Source: Rebecca billardiae RCC1528 (taxonomy: Eukaryota; Protista; Haptophyta). From it: a stretch of 64,000 nt of DNA. Position numbers and translations under genes: made by a program. The notes under the pieces are model-generated. The model saw only the letters and a program-made list of their open reading frames with translations. It made no database searches and was not told the origin of the DNA. Location: contig OZ251247.1 of NCBI GenBank assembly GCA_965240325.2, positions 186,001 through 250,000 of the forward strand, read 5' to 3'. Below are positions 17,648 through 28,839 of this stretch, in pieces (positions within the stretch are counted from its first letter, which is position 1; the number at the start of each line of letters is the position of its first letter).

Positions 17648-19099
17648 ATGGCGACCGGCGACGAGGCGCGCAGCCTCGCCGACCTGCCGCCCGAGCTGAT
17701 CCTGTGCATCGCCCACCACATCGACCGCGCGCGTGACCTCGCCGCCGCCAACGCCACCTCGCGTTTGTTCTTCCGCGGCGTGCTCGCCGGCGAGCGCTCG
17801 CCGGTCGAGCGCGCGCTTCGCGAGCGCGCGCGTGCGCGCGGGCACGAGGGCGCGCTGCCGGCATCGCTGCCCTCGGGCGTGCGCAGTTGGACGGAGGAGC
17901 TGTTCCTGCGCGAGTGCGTGCTCGAGCTCGTGCACGCGCACTCGCCTCCGGTCGCGGCCGGCAACGGCGTCAGCGCGTTTGTGGACGCGGAGGGCGGGCT
18001 GCACACGTGCGGCGAGGAGGAGGTGCGGGACGAGGACGAGCCGACGGGCGAGTGTCGAGCACACGCGGCTACTGGCCAGTCGGGCGTGCTGGAAGTGTGC
18101 GTGCCGACGCGCGTCGCCTCGCTCACCGCGGTGCGCGTGGTTGCGGTGGCCGCTGGTGACTCCCACCTGCTCGCGCTGAGCGAGGCCGGCGCCGTGTACG
18201 GCTGCGGCCACAACGGGTGCGGCCAGCTCGGGCTGGGGGACGACGACAAGAGGCATTCGTTCATGCTGGTCGACGCCTTGACAGCGGAAATCGCAGTGGC
18301 CATCGCAGCCGGCGCGTTTCACAGCCTCGCGCTCACCGCCGCTGGGTGCGCGTACAGCTGGGGCGACAACGACTTCGGCCAGCTCGGCCACGGCGACGAG
18401 GAGGACCGGTGGAAGCCGGCGCGCATCGAGGCGCTGGACGGCGTGCGTGTCGGCGGGCTGGCGGCTGGGTCTGGTCACACGTTGCTGCTCTCGATTGGCG
18501 GAGCCGTGTACTCGTGCGGCGACGGTAGCCGTGGCTGTCTCGGCCACGGCGACGAGCAGGATCAGCACACGCCAAGGCGCATCGAGGCGCTCGCGGGCGT
18601 GCGCGCCGTGCACGTGAGCGCGGGCTGGGAGCACAGCCTGGTGGTGGGCGCAGACGGGCTGGTCTACTCGTTCGGATACAATTGGGAAGGCCAGCTCGGC
18701 CACGTTGCCCGTGAGTTACTTGCCACGCCCCGACGCATCGAGGCGCTCGCTGATGTGCACGCCGTGCGCGCGTCTGCGGGCTACAACAGCAGTGCGGTGC
18801 TGGGCGCGGACGGCAGCGTGCACACGTTCGGGAGCAACAGCAACGGCGTGCTCGGGCACGAGGTGGGGACGGACATCGATCAGCCCACGCGCGTGGCTGC
18901 CCTCGCCCACGCGCGCGTGGTGCACTGTGCCATTCGCAGCTTCCACTCGCTGTTTGTGAGTGCGGACGGCCGCGTGTACGCGTGCGGCAAGCGCTCGGCT
19001 GCGCTCGGCCTCGGCACGAGCAAGGCCGAGCGAGACGAGCCCACCCGGCGTACTGGTACGCCTACGCACGTCTCGACGGCGTGGCGTGCGCTTGCCTAG
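17648..19099 (+). CDS. F-box + 7x RCC1-repeat protein, copy A (intronless)
   Basis: F-box-like LADLPPELILCIAHHI...DLAAANATSRLF, then seven RCC1 blades (VAAGxxHLLAL...VYGCGxNxxGQLG). ATG in the family leader context GCGCGGATCGGCGAGATG. Confidence 0.9.
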   Translation: MATGDEARSLADLPPELILCIAHHIDRARDLAAANATSRLFFRGVLAGERSPVERALRERARARGHEGALPASLPSGVRSWTEELFLRECVLELVHAHSPPVAAGNGVSAFVDAEGGLHTCGEEEVRDEDEPTGECRAHAATGQSGVLEVCVPTRVASLTAVRVVAVAAGDSHLLALSEAGAVYGCGHNGCGQLGLGDDDKRHSFMLVDALTAEIAVAIAAGAFHSLALTAAGCAYSWGDNDFGQLGHGDEEDRWKPARIEALDGVRVGGLAAGSGHTLLLSIGGAVYSCGDGSRGCLGHGDEQDQHTPRRIEALAGVRAVHVSAGWEHSLVVGADGLVYSFGYNWEGQLGHVARELLATPRRIEALADVHAVRASAGYNSSAVLGADGSVHTFGSNSNGVLGHEVGTDIDQPTRVAALAHARVVHCAIRSFHSLFVSADGRVYACGKRSAALGLGTSKAERDEPTRRTGTPTHVSTAWRALA

Positions 19100-19225
19100 C
19101 GCGCACGGACTAGTTGGCGCTGTCGAGGGCCGACTATGCTCCGTCGCCGGGGGCGCGTGGTCGGATGGCGGCGCAGATTGTCGTCGGACAGCTCAGACGC
19201 AGCCCGCGCAGCCGCTGCACGATGA

Positions 19226-20956
19226 TAGGGGGGCCAAACCGCCCATTTGAAAAAGAAAATCAAAGCCGCGGCGCATTTTCGCTCCACCCTCGGCCTTTTG
19301 GGGTGGCGCGGAGCCTTTTTCTCGGACCTCGCTCGAAAATCGAGCTCCGACGCCTTCGGGCGCTCAGAGCTCGGTTTCGCTCGAGCACGAGCGGCCGGAG
19401 GCAGTGGACCGCCGCGCGCTCGCGTCCCATGAGACGCCGAGATGGTCTCGGGCGCGCGCGCGCGTGACGCTGGTGGGCGCTTCTGACCCTTGCTTTTGCG
19501 CCACCAGCGGCTCACCACCCGGTTCTTGGCCACCTCGCGCCGTGCGCGGCGCGCGTCGGCCGGATTGCATTGTCGCGCTGCGTACGCCCGTCACGCTACC
19601 GCTCCTTGTGGCTCAAGATCAACTCGCCCCGGCGAGATCGATACTCGCCCCAAGTGTGCGTGTGTATCCGTGGATGCCCAGCTCGCCTAACCTGCCCTGC
19701 TGCGCCGGAATCGCCGTCAGCAGACCGGCGCGAGCTCGCGCACAACACCTCCACGGAGCCCGCAACTGTCATGTTCCGCTCGTAGGGCCCGTGTTTGCAC
19801 CTGCCGTGGCACTTGCGATGGTCAGCACGTTGGGTATGGGTCACACGTGCCCCCAGATGGCGTCGGGGCGCCTCCCATTCGCCTCTCAGGACGTCGCGGA
19901 CGTGCTCGCAGGCAGCGGATGGCTCATTCGACAGGTCCGACGTGCACTCGACCGTGCCTGCAAGCGCGCCCCTGTGACGCGCATGCCTGCAGAAGCAGAT
20001 GCAGATGGGCCCCCATGCACCCTGGTGCGCCCAAGACCGGCGGGAGCGTCAGAGACCGTCGCAATCTTGACACCTTGCACACGCCGGCGCTTGCCGTTGG
20101 GCCCCGCGCAGCCAGCCAGGAGCACCAAACAGCGCCGGATCAGCCTCTGTAGGCCGAATATCCGCCCCAAAGCCCAGAAATAGCGCGGAACAGGGTAGGG
20201 CGTACCTATATGGACCGATCCTATGCAGCCTGGTTTGGTGCAGAGACGCCAGCCACCACCTGGAGCAGGCGTTTGCTGCCGAATCGCATGCTCGGCACTG
20301 TGCCGCACTGCGACGACGACAGATTTGACCTGCCTCGTAGGTCTCGGCCAGGGAGCGGTGACGGTTGGCTCGAGTGACTTTAAACCTTGACTATGACCGA
20401 GAGTACTCCCGGGCTGAGGACATGGGGCCGGTGCTTTGAGTCCATCATGTCTGCAATACGCCGTACGCATGGCCGTATACACAGTAGTCTGAAAACGTAT
20501 CTCGCAGCTCGAGATCCGACGAGACTGTATTCATCAGCATGGCGGCTATATACACGGTGGGTATGTAACGACCAGTGGCTTCCGGGAAACTACGTGTTTG
20601 ACAGCCTGCCAGTACACAGCCTATATCGCATGTTGGGACCTGCTGCTGCTGGGGACTCAGAACAATCTTGCTGAGATGCTCTATCAAAGTGAGGTCGACA
20701 TGGTCTATATGTCACATATATGACATATAAGACGGCCGTTACATGCCGTTTCCAATAAGTTCAGGCTCATAGTCTAATAAGTAAATATGCTAGCCGTTAC
20801 GCCCTATATTCAGGGTATGTGCACCTGATATTTTTACTTGGCTGGCCCAGACCCCTCCAGAGGGCAAATGATCCAGCCCGAAATCAGCGCTAAACACTCG
20901 CTAGGACCAGCGCTCGTAGCCGTCAGTCACGTCACAGTGCCACTTTGGCCCCCCTA
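19226..20956. mobile_element. Non-autonomous DNA transposon (1.73 kb) with 13-bp terminal inverted repeats
   Basis: TAGGGGGGCCAAA (19226-19238) and TTTGGCCCCCCTA (20944-20956); lower-GC interior with no transposase. TSD is ambiguous: TA, or degenerate cacgatga/gtcgatga. Confidence 0.6.
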
Positions 20957-21316
20957 AGTCGATGAGCCGCTGCACCGTCCCGCATCATGCAACATCGATT
21001 CACGGTGCCGCCCTGCCCGGCACAGCAGGCTCACGGCAGATGGCACCTGGCGGCGCCCACCGTTCTGCGCATCTCGCTCGCGTCTCTGCTCGTCGTCACC
21101 GGCCGCGTCAGCGACTCAGCTTCCCAGTCTTGAGCAGCGGCTGTCGTATTCCGGTCGGTGGCGGTCAACATCAGTGCGCGAGACTGCGAGTGCTTGATGA
21201 TCGATGATGATGACGAATTGAATTATATTGACAGTGGGAAATTGAAACTGCAAGCTGGCATTGTACGGGCAGACGCACGCGCATGACGAACAATAATATG
21301 AGCCACAGCGCGACCA

Positions 21317-21846
21317 ATGGCGGCCACCGACGAGTTAGCCAACGCACCCGATCACCGACGCGCGCGCTCGTCGACCTGCCGTCAGAGGTGCTCGACCGCA
21401 TCATCTCGCTCCTGCTGCCGCGCGACCTCGCCAGCCTGGGCTCCACCGCGCGCCTCTTCCGCGCCGCGCCGCCCGGCGGGTGCTCGCCAGCCGAGCGCGC
21501 GCTGCGCGAGCGCGCGGACGCGCGCCGGCACGAGCGGCTACTGCCGGCGTCGCTGCCCTCCGACCGGTGCGCACGTGGACGGAGGAGCTGCTCGTGCGCG
21601 GGCGCGTACTCGAGCTCGCGAGTGCGCATGCCTCCCCAGTCTCGGCCGGCGGGGGCTTTAGCGCGCGTGTGGACGCGGAGGGTGGGCTGCACACGTGCGG
21701 CGAGGAGGCGGTGCGGGGCGCGAACGGGCTGATTAGCTGTAGCAAGGGTGGCCACCCTTGGCTGTAGTATCGAGCGCACGTGGCTACTACAGCCGCTTGA
21801 GTCTGTGTAGCCACGCCGGAACGAGTGCGGCCAGCTTGGGGCTGGA
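21317..21846 (+). pseudogene. Truncated, frameshifted F-box/RCC1 copy B
   Basis: ATGGCGGCCACCGACGAG start, F-box (LVDLPSEVLDRIISLL) and blade 1 with indels, ending in a GQLGL remnant just before copy C. Confidence 0.85.
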
Positions 21847-21856
21847 GGCCCGAGCG

Positions 21857-23368
21857 ATGGCATCCGACGACGGCGACGCGCACTCGGGAGCCAAGCGGCT
21901 GACCGACCTGCCGCCCGAGCTGATCCAGCGCATCGTCGGCCACCTCCACGGCGCGTGTGACATCGCCAGCGTGAATGCCACCGCGCGCCTCTTCCACGCC
22001 GCGCCGCCCGGTGAGCGCTCGCCGGTCGAGCACGCGCTGCGCGAGCGCGCGGACGCGCGCGGGCACGAGCGGCTACTGCCGGCGTCGCTGCCCTCCGACG
22101 TGCGCACGTGGACGGAGGAGCTGCTCGTGCGCGAGCGCTTACTCGAGTTCGCGGGCGCGCATGCGTCGCCGGTCTCGGCAAGCGGGGGCTTCAGCGCGTT
22201 CGTGGACGCGGAGGGCGGGCTGCACACGTGTGGTGAGGAGATGGTGGAGGACGAGACTGAGGAGGAGGAGGAGGAGGAGGAGGGCGTGCCAACTGACGGA
22301 GAGCCGACGGGCGCGAGTCAGCCGCTGGTGGCCATGGGCCAGTGCGAGGCGTGGCCAGTGCACGCTCCGACGCACGTCACCTCCCTCAGCGGTGTGCGCG
22401 TGGTCGCCGTGGCCGCTGGCTGCAGGCACCTGCTCGCGCTGAGCGATGCTGGGACGGTGTACGTGTGCGGCGAGAACGGGTGCGGCCAGCTCGGGCTGGG
22501 GGACGAGAAGGAGCGGAGCTCGTTTGCGCCGGTGGAAGCCTTGCGGCACGCAGCCATCGTGGGCATCGCGGCGGGCACGGCCCACAGCCTCGCGCTCAGC
22601 GCCGCCGGGTGCGCGTACAGCTGGGGCCACAACGGCTACGGCGAGCTCGGCCACGGCAACAGGGATGACCGGCGGGAGCCGACGCGCATCGAGGCGCTGG
22701 ACGGCGTGCGCGTGGGCGGCGTGGCGGCTGGGCATTCTCACACGCTGCTGCTCTCGGCCAGAGGCCGTGTCTACTCGTGTGGAGTTGGCGACAGTGGCGA
22801 GCTCGGCCACGGCGACACGCAGGATCAGCGCACGCCGAGGCGCATCGAGGCGCTCGCGGGCGTGCGCGCCGTGCACGTGAGCGCGGGCAGGGGCCACAGC
22901 CTGGTGGTGGACGCGGCGGGCGGCGTGCTCTCCTTCGGCTGTGGACGGCATATGAAGCTCGGGCACGGCGACTGGCAGCATCAGCACACGCCGAGGCGCG
23001 TCGAGGCGCTCGCGCGTGTGCGCGCCGTGCGCGCGTGCGCGGGCGTGCACGCCAGCGCGGTGCTGGGCGCGGACGGCAGCGTGCACGCGTTCGGGAGCAA
23101 CCGAGTCGGCCAGCTCGGGCTGGGGCGCGGAGAGGCGGACGTTAAAGCGCCCACGCGCGCGCTCGCCCTCGCCCAGGCGCGCGTGGTGCGCTGTGCCATG
23201 GGCTACCACCACTCGCTGTTTGTTGCTGCGGACGGCGGCGTGTACGCGTGCGGCAAGCGGTCGGCCGCGCTCGGCCTCGGCATGAGCGTGGCCGAGCGAC
23301 ACGAGCCCACCCAGCGGATTGACACGCCCGCGCGCGTCGAGACGGCGTGGCGTGCGCGTGCCTGCTGA
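21857..23368 (+). CDS. F-box + RCC1-repeat protein, copy C
   Basis: MASDDGDAHSGAKRLTDLPPELIQRIV F-box, seven RCC1 blades, poly-Glu insert in blade 1. Confidence 0.9.
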   Translation: MASDDGDAHSGAKRLTDLPPELIQRIVGHLHGACDIASVNATARLFHAAPPGERSPVEHALRERADARGHERLLPASLPSDVRTWTEELLVRERLLEFAGAHASPVSASGGFSAFVDAEGGLHTCGEEMVEDETEEEEEEEEGVPTDGEPTGASQPLVAMGQCEAWPVHAPTHVTSLSGVRVVAVAAGCRHLLALSDAGTVYVCGENGCGQLGLGDEKERSSFAPVEALRHAAIVGIAAGTAHSLALSAAGCAYSWGHNGYGELGHGNRDDRREPTRIEALDGVRVGGVAAGHSHTLLLSARGRVYSCGVGDSGELGHGDTQDQRTPRRIEALAGVRAVHVSAGRGHSLVVDAAGGVLSFGCGRHMKLGHGDWQHQHTPRRVEALARVRAVRACAGVHASAVLGADGSVHAFGSNRVGQLGLGRGEADVKAPTRALALAQARVVRCAMGYHHSLFVAADGGVYACGKRSAALGLGMSVAERHEPTQRIDTPARVETAWRARAC

Positions 23369-23655
23369 TGTCGCGCGCCGTACTGCCGACTGACGCCCCA
23401 CTGGCTCCGTTGCACTAGCGAGTGTCACTCGTCGGGCAGTGGGTACGAGCTGAGTCCGCATACTGATGCCTATTAACTATACGGTATGACTACGTAGTAC
23501 GTAATGATGCTGAATCATACGACGACTACGAGAAGATATCGGTCGAGGCGTTCGCCGGGGTTGCGCCTGCGGGCCGGGGCGTCGGTTGGGGTCTCCGGAC
23601 CCCCCCGGCCCGGACTCCCCGCCGCCGCGCGCAGCAGCGCGCGCGGATCGGCGAG

Positions 23656-25125
23656 ATGGCCACCGACGAGTTGGGCGGCACCGCGCAACCGACGCGCGCG
23701 CTCGGCGACCTGCCGCCAGAGGTGCTCGACCGCATCATCTCACTCCTGCCGCCGCGCGACCTCGCCAGCCTGAACGCCACCGCGCGCCTCTTCCACGCCG
23801 CGCCGCCCGGCGGGTGCTCGCCGGTCGAGCACGCGCTGCGCGAGCGCGCGCGCGCGCGCGGGCACGAGCGCGCGCTGCCGGCGACGCTGCCCTCCGACGC
23901 GGGCATGTGGACGGGGGAATTGTTCATGCGCGAGCGGGTCCTCGAGCTCGCATGTGCGCATGCACCACCCGTGGCGGCAGGCTCGGGCTTCAGCGCGTTT
24001 GTGGACGCGGAGGGCGGGCTGCACACGTGCGGCGAGCAGCCGGTGCTGGACGCGGACTGGCGGCCGACGGGCGAGTGGCGAGCGCACATCGCCATTGGCC
24101 ACTCGGGCGTGCGTGTAGTGCGCGTGCCGATGCACGTCACCTCCCTCAGCGGTGTGCGCGTGCGCTCTGTGGCCGCTGGCCCTCGCCACCTGCTCGCGCT
24201 CAGCGATGCCGGCGCCGTGTACGGCTGCGGCGACAACGAGCACGGCCAGCTCGGGCTGGGGGACAAGGAGGGGCGGCGCGAGTTTGAGCCGATCGTGGCG
24301 TTCGCTGGCGCCGTGGTGGTGGGCATCGCCGCTGGCCTCGTTCACAGCCTCGCGCTCACCGCCGCTGGGTGCGCGTACAGCTGGGGCCTCAACCACTGCG
24401 GCCAGCTCGGCCACGGCGACACGGAGGACCGGTGGGAGCCGACGCACATCGAGGCGCTGGACGGCGTGCGTGTCGGCGGCGTTGCAGCTGGGGGTTATCA
24501 CACGCTACTGCTCTCGGTGCAGGGCGCCGTCTACTCGTGCGGTTGGGGCTCGTCTGGCCGTCTCGGCCACGGCGACCAGGAGGATCAGCGCACGCCGAGG
24601 CGCATCGAGGCGCTTGCGGGCGTGCGCGCCGTGCACGTGAGCGCGGGCTACGCGCACAGCCTGGTGGTGGACAGCGAGGGGGGCGTGCACTCGTTTGGGG
24701 ATGGTCAGGATGGCCAGCTCGGCCACGGAGACGAGCACGAGCAGCTCACGCCGAGGCGCGTCGAGGCGCTCGCTGGTGTGCGCGCCGTGAGCGCGTCTGC
24801 GGGCTCCTCCAGCAGCGCGGTGCTGGGCGCGGACGGCAGCGTGCACACGTTCGGGGACAACACGCATGGGCAGCTCGGGCGGCGCGGGAAAGCGGCTCCC
24901 AAGACCCCCGCACGAGTGGGCCTGCTCGCCCACGCGCGTGTGGTGCGCTGTGCCATGGGCCGCTTCCACTCGCTGTTTGTGACAGCGGACGGCAGCGTGC
25001 ACGCGTGCGGCGGGCGGTCGGCTGCGCTCGGCCTCGGCATGAGCGTGACCGAGCAAGACGAGCCCACCCAGCGGATTGACACGCCCGCGCGCGTCGAGGC
25101 GGCGTGGCGTGCGCTTGCCGGCTGA
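23656..25125 (+). CDS. F-box + RCC1-repeat protein, copy D
   Basis: MATDELGGTAQPTRALGDLPPEVLDRIISLL followed by seven RCC1 blades. Confidence 0.92.
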   Translation: MATDELGGTAQPTRALGDLPPEVLDRIISLLPPRDLASLNATARLFHAAPPGGCSPVEHALRERARARGHERALPATLPSDAGMWTGELFMRERVLELACAHAPPVAAGSGFSAFVDAEGGLHTCGEQPVLDADWRPTGEWRAHIAIGHSGVRVVRVPMHVTSLSGVRVRSVAAGPRHLLALSDAGAVYGCGDNEHGQLGLGDKEGRREFEPIVAFAGAVVVGIAAGLVHSLALTAAGCAYSWGLNHCGQLGHGDTEDRWEPTHIEALDGVRVGGVAAGGYHTLLLSVQGAVYSCGWGSSGRLGHGDQEDQRTPRRIEALAGVRAVHVSAGYAHSLVVDSEGGVHSFGDGQDGQLGHGDEHEQLTPRRVEALAGVRAVSASAGSSSSAVLGADGSVHTFGDNTHGQLGRRGKAAPKTPARVGLLAHARVVRCAMGRFHSLFVTADGSVHACGGRSAALGLGMSVTEQDEPTQRIDTPARVEAAWRALAG

Positions 25126-26263
25126 TGTCGCGCGCCTCTGCCGACTGACGCCCCACTGGCTCAGTTGCACTGGCGAGTGTCACTCGTCGGGCGGTGGGTA
25201 CGAGCTGAGTCCGCATACTGCCTAATGACTGCTATGCGGACGAGAACATCGTCAGGCAACGTCAGGCGTGTTCGCGTGTTCAATGCTCGCGGTGTTGGGG
25301 TTGCTGCGGAAATCCGGAACGCGGGCCGGGTGAGGGTCCGGCCTGGGCAGGATGACCTGCTCAGGCTGGTTGGGGTCTCCCCAGACTTGGGAGTGAGTGC
25401 ACGGTGCACTGGCACTCGGAGTGAGTGCACTCGGTGCACTCACTCCCGGACTCGCACGCACTCACTCGTCGGCGGCCCCCCGCCATCCGGACTCTGCACG
25501 CACTCACTTGGTGGCTACCACCCTGTCGCACGCACTCACTCCATGAGGAGTGAGTGCGGCGCCGCCCCGCGCCGCGGGCCGCGCCGCCGGCGCCGCGCGG
25601 CGCCGGCGCCGGCGCGGGGCCGGCGCGGGCCCGGCGCACGGGGTCGGCGCGGCGGCGCGCGTTCTGCCGCTGTCAGGGAACGCGTCTCGAGGCTTGACGG
25701 TCGCGAGGTCGGTCGACGGCTTCGGCTCTTGTTTGCGGTGGTGAGCTCAGCGTGTTTTGTGTGATCGGCTCATGTTTCGTTCATTTCTAAGAAGCATCTG
25801 GAATGCTTCGAGATGTCGCCGCCAGGTCGCCGCCAGCCATGCTGTCCTGCTGTATTTTAGGATGAGGTTCAGGTCGATTTTGGAGGATTTTGTGCGAGCG
25901 CCGCCGCAGCGGTCGCGCCGCCACTGTGTGACTGCGAGTAAAATGTTGGATTGGAAATTGGAAATCACTGTAGATTGGCGATTCCTTTGACCCCCCCCTC
26001 AATCCAATATGCGCTCGTCTGTGAGGACTAAGCTTGGATTATGAGTGATTTTGGGCTTGGTATTGTTTGTGCATCTGTGTGTCAGCATGAGTGAATTGGA
26101 GTCAGTAATGCTGGTTGCCAATGCCAGGATACGGGTCATGTGCTGGGACTTCCGTGTGACGGTTTTGGGTAACCCGAGTCAGTCCTGGGCTTATTTGCAC
26201 CATATGTTCACTCTTTGGCCTTGATTTTGGACCTTGTTATTGGGTCATGCCCTGCCTTGATAG

Positions 26264-26629
26264 TTAATCATAGGCATCCGGAGCAGGAATATCCAGGAAA
26301 TGGATACGCTCCTTGGGAAATTTGTTGGCTCCCTTGTTTTTGCCTTTGTTGTAATTGTTGGCCTTGGGGCGTAGCTCTGGGTGGAGCTTCCAACACTGCT
26401 GGGCAGTATGGTTCTTGAGACCACAGTGAGTGCACCGTTTGCCGGTGTCCGAGTTATTCGGCCCGCTCTCGCCATTGGCTGGAGCCTTTTGGGCCTGAGC
26501 GGCGAAGACTTCGGCGCCCTCAAAGTCACCGCGTCGCCGCGTGCCTTGCTGATAATCAGCATTTTGGCGTATCTTGGAATAATTTTCGGTCTCTCTCCCC
26601 TTGGTATTGTTCTGATGGAGTAGCTTCAT
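26264..26629 (-). CDS. Gag C-terminal nucleocapsid fragment with CCHC zinc knuckle
   Basis: CTHCGLKNHTAQQCWKLHPELRP is a copia-type knuckle. Overlaps the ORF1 stop as ATGA (-1 frame). Confidence 0.75.
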   Translation of the reverse strand: MKLLHQNNTKGRETENYSKIRQNADYQQGTRRRGDFEGAEVFAAQAQKAPANGESGPNNSDTGKRCTHCGLKNHTAQQCWKLHPELRPKANNYNKGKNKGANKFPKERIHFLDIPAPDAYD

Positions 26630-28839
26630 TGAGCCGTGCCGTTTGTATAGGCATCTTCCATCTGGGCCATTATCTGGTCAGTGTTATCCACACATTGCTC
26701 GGGCGTGAGCGCTCCGAAGTGCGAGATAACTGACTCGTAGACTTGGGGATGGTCGTGCATGCTGTTATACAGCTTGAAGACCAACATCGTAGCATCGTCC
26801 AGATTCCCATATCGAGATGAGCGGACTTGCTCGACGGATTTCTTGATAATGTCCGATGCGCCAATGGGCGACACCTTTGTCGGGTATAACTTCAGGAATT
26901 CATCCCTGAGTTCGGACATAGTTGTGATCTTGAGCTCGCGCTCAAATATCTGTAGCAGCAGCGCCAGATCCAAGTAGTTCTTGGTCGGATCGCTGATGTG
27001 CAGCTTCGATTCCAGATAGGCGAATAACTGAGGCTCAATAGAGTCCTTCAGCTGCTTGAATATCGCTGCCGCAGATCGATCGTAGACCGATCCGATCTTG
27101 TTGGCGTCAGCGTTGTCAGCCTTGTATGGATCGATTTTGGCTGCGTCTTTCACCCATTTGTCTTTGGCAATGAGTTGAAAGCCGGATAGCTTGCTATCCT
27201 TGGGCTCCATTATGTCAGGTGTGACATCTGAGGATTTGCCCTTGTAGTAGGTGCTCACTTCTGCGAGTGCATCCCGTATCGCGCTGTGTACCGCGCGCTT
27301 GGATTTCAGAGCTGACTGTGTCAGCTTGTGTGTGGCGGGTGTATCCACTCCTGCCGAGGATTCGCGTGCCATGAACACACGTTCCTTCTTGGTTGGATTA
27401 GAGTCTGTGACTCCTCCTTCGATGACTATCCGGTCACGTTTCTTCGACTCAAGTGCATTGGTCGATGTGTCGCGCGCGCTCTGTGGCGATTCGCGCTCTA
27501 CCTTCGAGCGAGGAGTGACCCTCGTCGAGGCTGTGGTGCCTTCTTTGGGCTTCTTCACGCTCGTTCTGTCCAGCGGTGATGCATGTGCATCCGCGGCAGC
27601 TTCGGCGGAATACTCTTCCTTGCAAGAGTGTGGCGTTGTGATGGCTGACGCAGCTGATGCATGCGCACGCGCGTCGCGCTCGCCAACTTGGTTTTGCTGC
27701 GGCTTTGCCGTCAAGCAGGTGTATGATGCCCCCCCTGCATCGCATGCGCTTCCTACGTTCGACGCGAGTCGATACGTGCCAGACGAGGACTCTGCCGTCT
27801 CTGCGGCGGTCATCTCGCGGCTGCTTGTGTCGCTCGTGGCGAGCAGCTCGGCTTCGGAAGCCATCGTGAGGCTGGTAATTTTGGGGTAAACGTATTTGTT
27901 TGGGTCAGGCGCATCAATAATAAATGCGGCCGCTGACTTGATGCTTGAGCTCGCTGTGACAGAGTCACGTGTCGTAGCATCTTGGAGCATAGTTTGCTCT
28001 GCCAGACCATACAGGTCGTTTGCGTCGCACTCATCGGTGCTAATGTCCTCGTTCGATCGGTCAGACTCAGACACAGTGTCATGCGCGCGAGGCTGCAGAC
28101 TGACTGCGGCGGTGGCACGACCTGCGCTGTCACAGGCGGCGGCCAGATGGCCAGCACGCGGAGCAGCGTCGGCAGGCTCGAGGGCCTCGACGGTCGGAGC
28201 GGCATCAGCGGCAGCAGCGTCGAGCGCTACATCTGCCCCGGAACGCTCGGTGACCTCGTTCGATGACTCGGAGGCCGCAAGGCACTCCTTGAGCTGCGGG
28301 CTCTCAGCCGCGCGCTCTTGAACCGCGCTCGCGGGCGCAGAGTCCCGGGCGGTAGTTGTTGAGATCCCCTGCGCAACGACGTGCGTGCGGATGGAGTGGC
28401 GCGATGGCGGGGGATGCGAGCGGCAACGCTCCTCCTCACCGCGCTGTGCGCGAACCTCCTCCTCAAGGTGATCCTTGATGTCGGCTCGAGGCCTTGCGTG
28501 CGATGCAGCATTGCGCGCATACGACACGATGCTGCCTGAGTTCAGGTCAGCGATGTTGCCAGGCCCGGAGGCGCTGGAGATGGGCTTGCGGAGAAGCGTG
28601 AGCTTCTCGCCTTGCCGGTTCTTCTCAGCCTGCATGCCCCTCAGGGCAGCCGCGAGGTAGTCTGGCGTGCGCTTGCGCGCAACCGCCGATGAGCCGCGCG
28701 GCATTGCCGCGCGCTCGGCCACGCCTGGCTTCAACCCAATGAGGGGAGCAACTGGGGCGGGCTGATGGCCGTTCACGTCCTTGCCGCTGTTCTCGTCGTC
28801 TCCATCCTTGCCCAAGTTCTCCCAGCACCGTGCTAGCAT
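26626..28839 (-). CDS. LTR-element ORF1: long Ser/Ala-rich N-terminal region plus gag-like helical C-terminus
   Basis: 737-aa ORF between the LTRs. The C-terminal ~200 aa (AIFKQLKDSIEPQLFAYLE...LLLQIFERELK) resemble copia gag, and it abuts the zinc-knuckle ORF. Confidence 0.65.
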   Translation of the reverse strand: MLARCWENLGKDGDDENSGKDVNGHQPAPVAPLIGLKPGVAERAAMPRGSSAVARKRTPDYLAAALRGMQAEKNRQGEKLTLLRKPISSASGPGNIADLNSGSIVSYARNAASHARPRADIKDHLEEEVRAQRGEEERCRSHPPPSRHSIRTHVVAQGISTTTARDSAPASAVQERAAESPQLKECLAASESSNEVTERSGADVALDAAAADAAPTVEALEPADAAPRAGHLAAACDSAGRATAAVSLQPRAHDTVSESDRSNEDISTDECDANDLYGLAEQTMLQDATTRDSVTASSSIKSAAAFIIDAPDPNKYVYPKITSLTMASEAELLATSDTSSREMTAAETAESSSGTYRLASNVGSACDAGGASYTCLTAKPQQNQVGERDARAHASAASAITTPHSCKEEYSAEAAADAHASPLDRTSVKKPKEGTTASTRVTPRSKVERESPQSARDTSTNALESKKRDRIVIEGGVTDSNPTKKERVFMARESSAGVDTPATHKLTQSALKSKRAVHSAIRDALAEVSTYYKGKSSDVTPDIMEPKDSKLSGFQLIAKDKWVKDAAKIDPYKADNADANKIGSVYDRSAAAIFKQLKDSIEPQLFAYLESKLHISDPTKNYLDLALLLQIFERELKITTMSELRDEFLKLYPTKVSPIGASDIIKKSVEQVRSSRYGNLDDATMLVFKLYNSMHDHPQVYESVISHFGALTPEQCVDNTDQIMAQMEDAYTNGTAQ

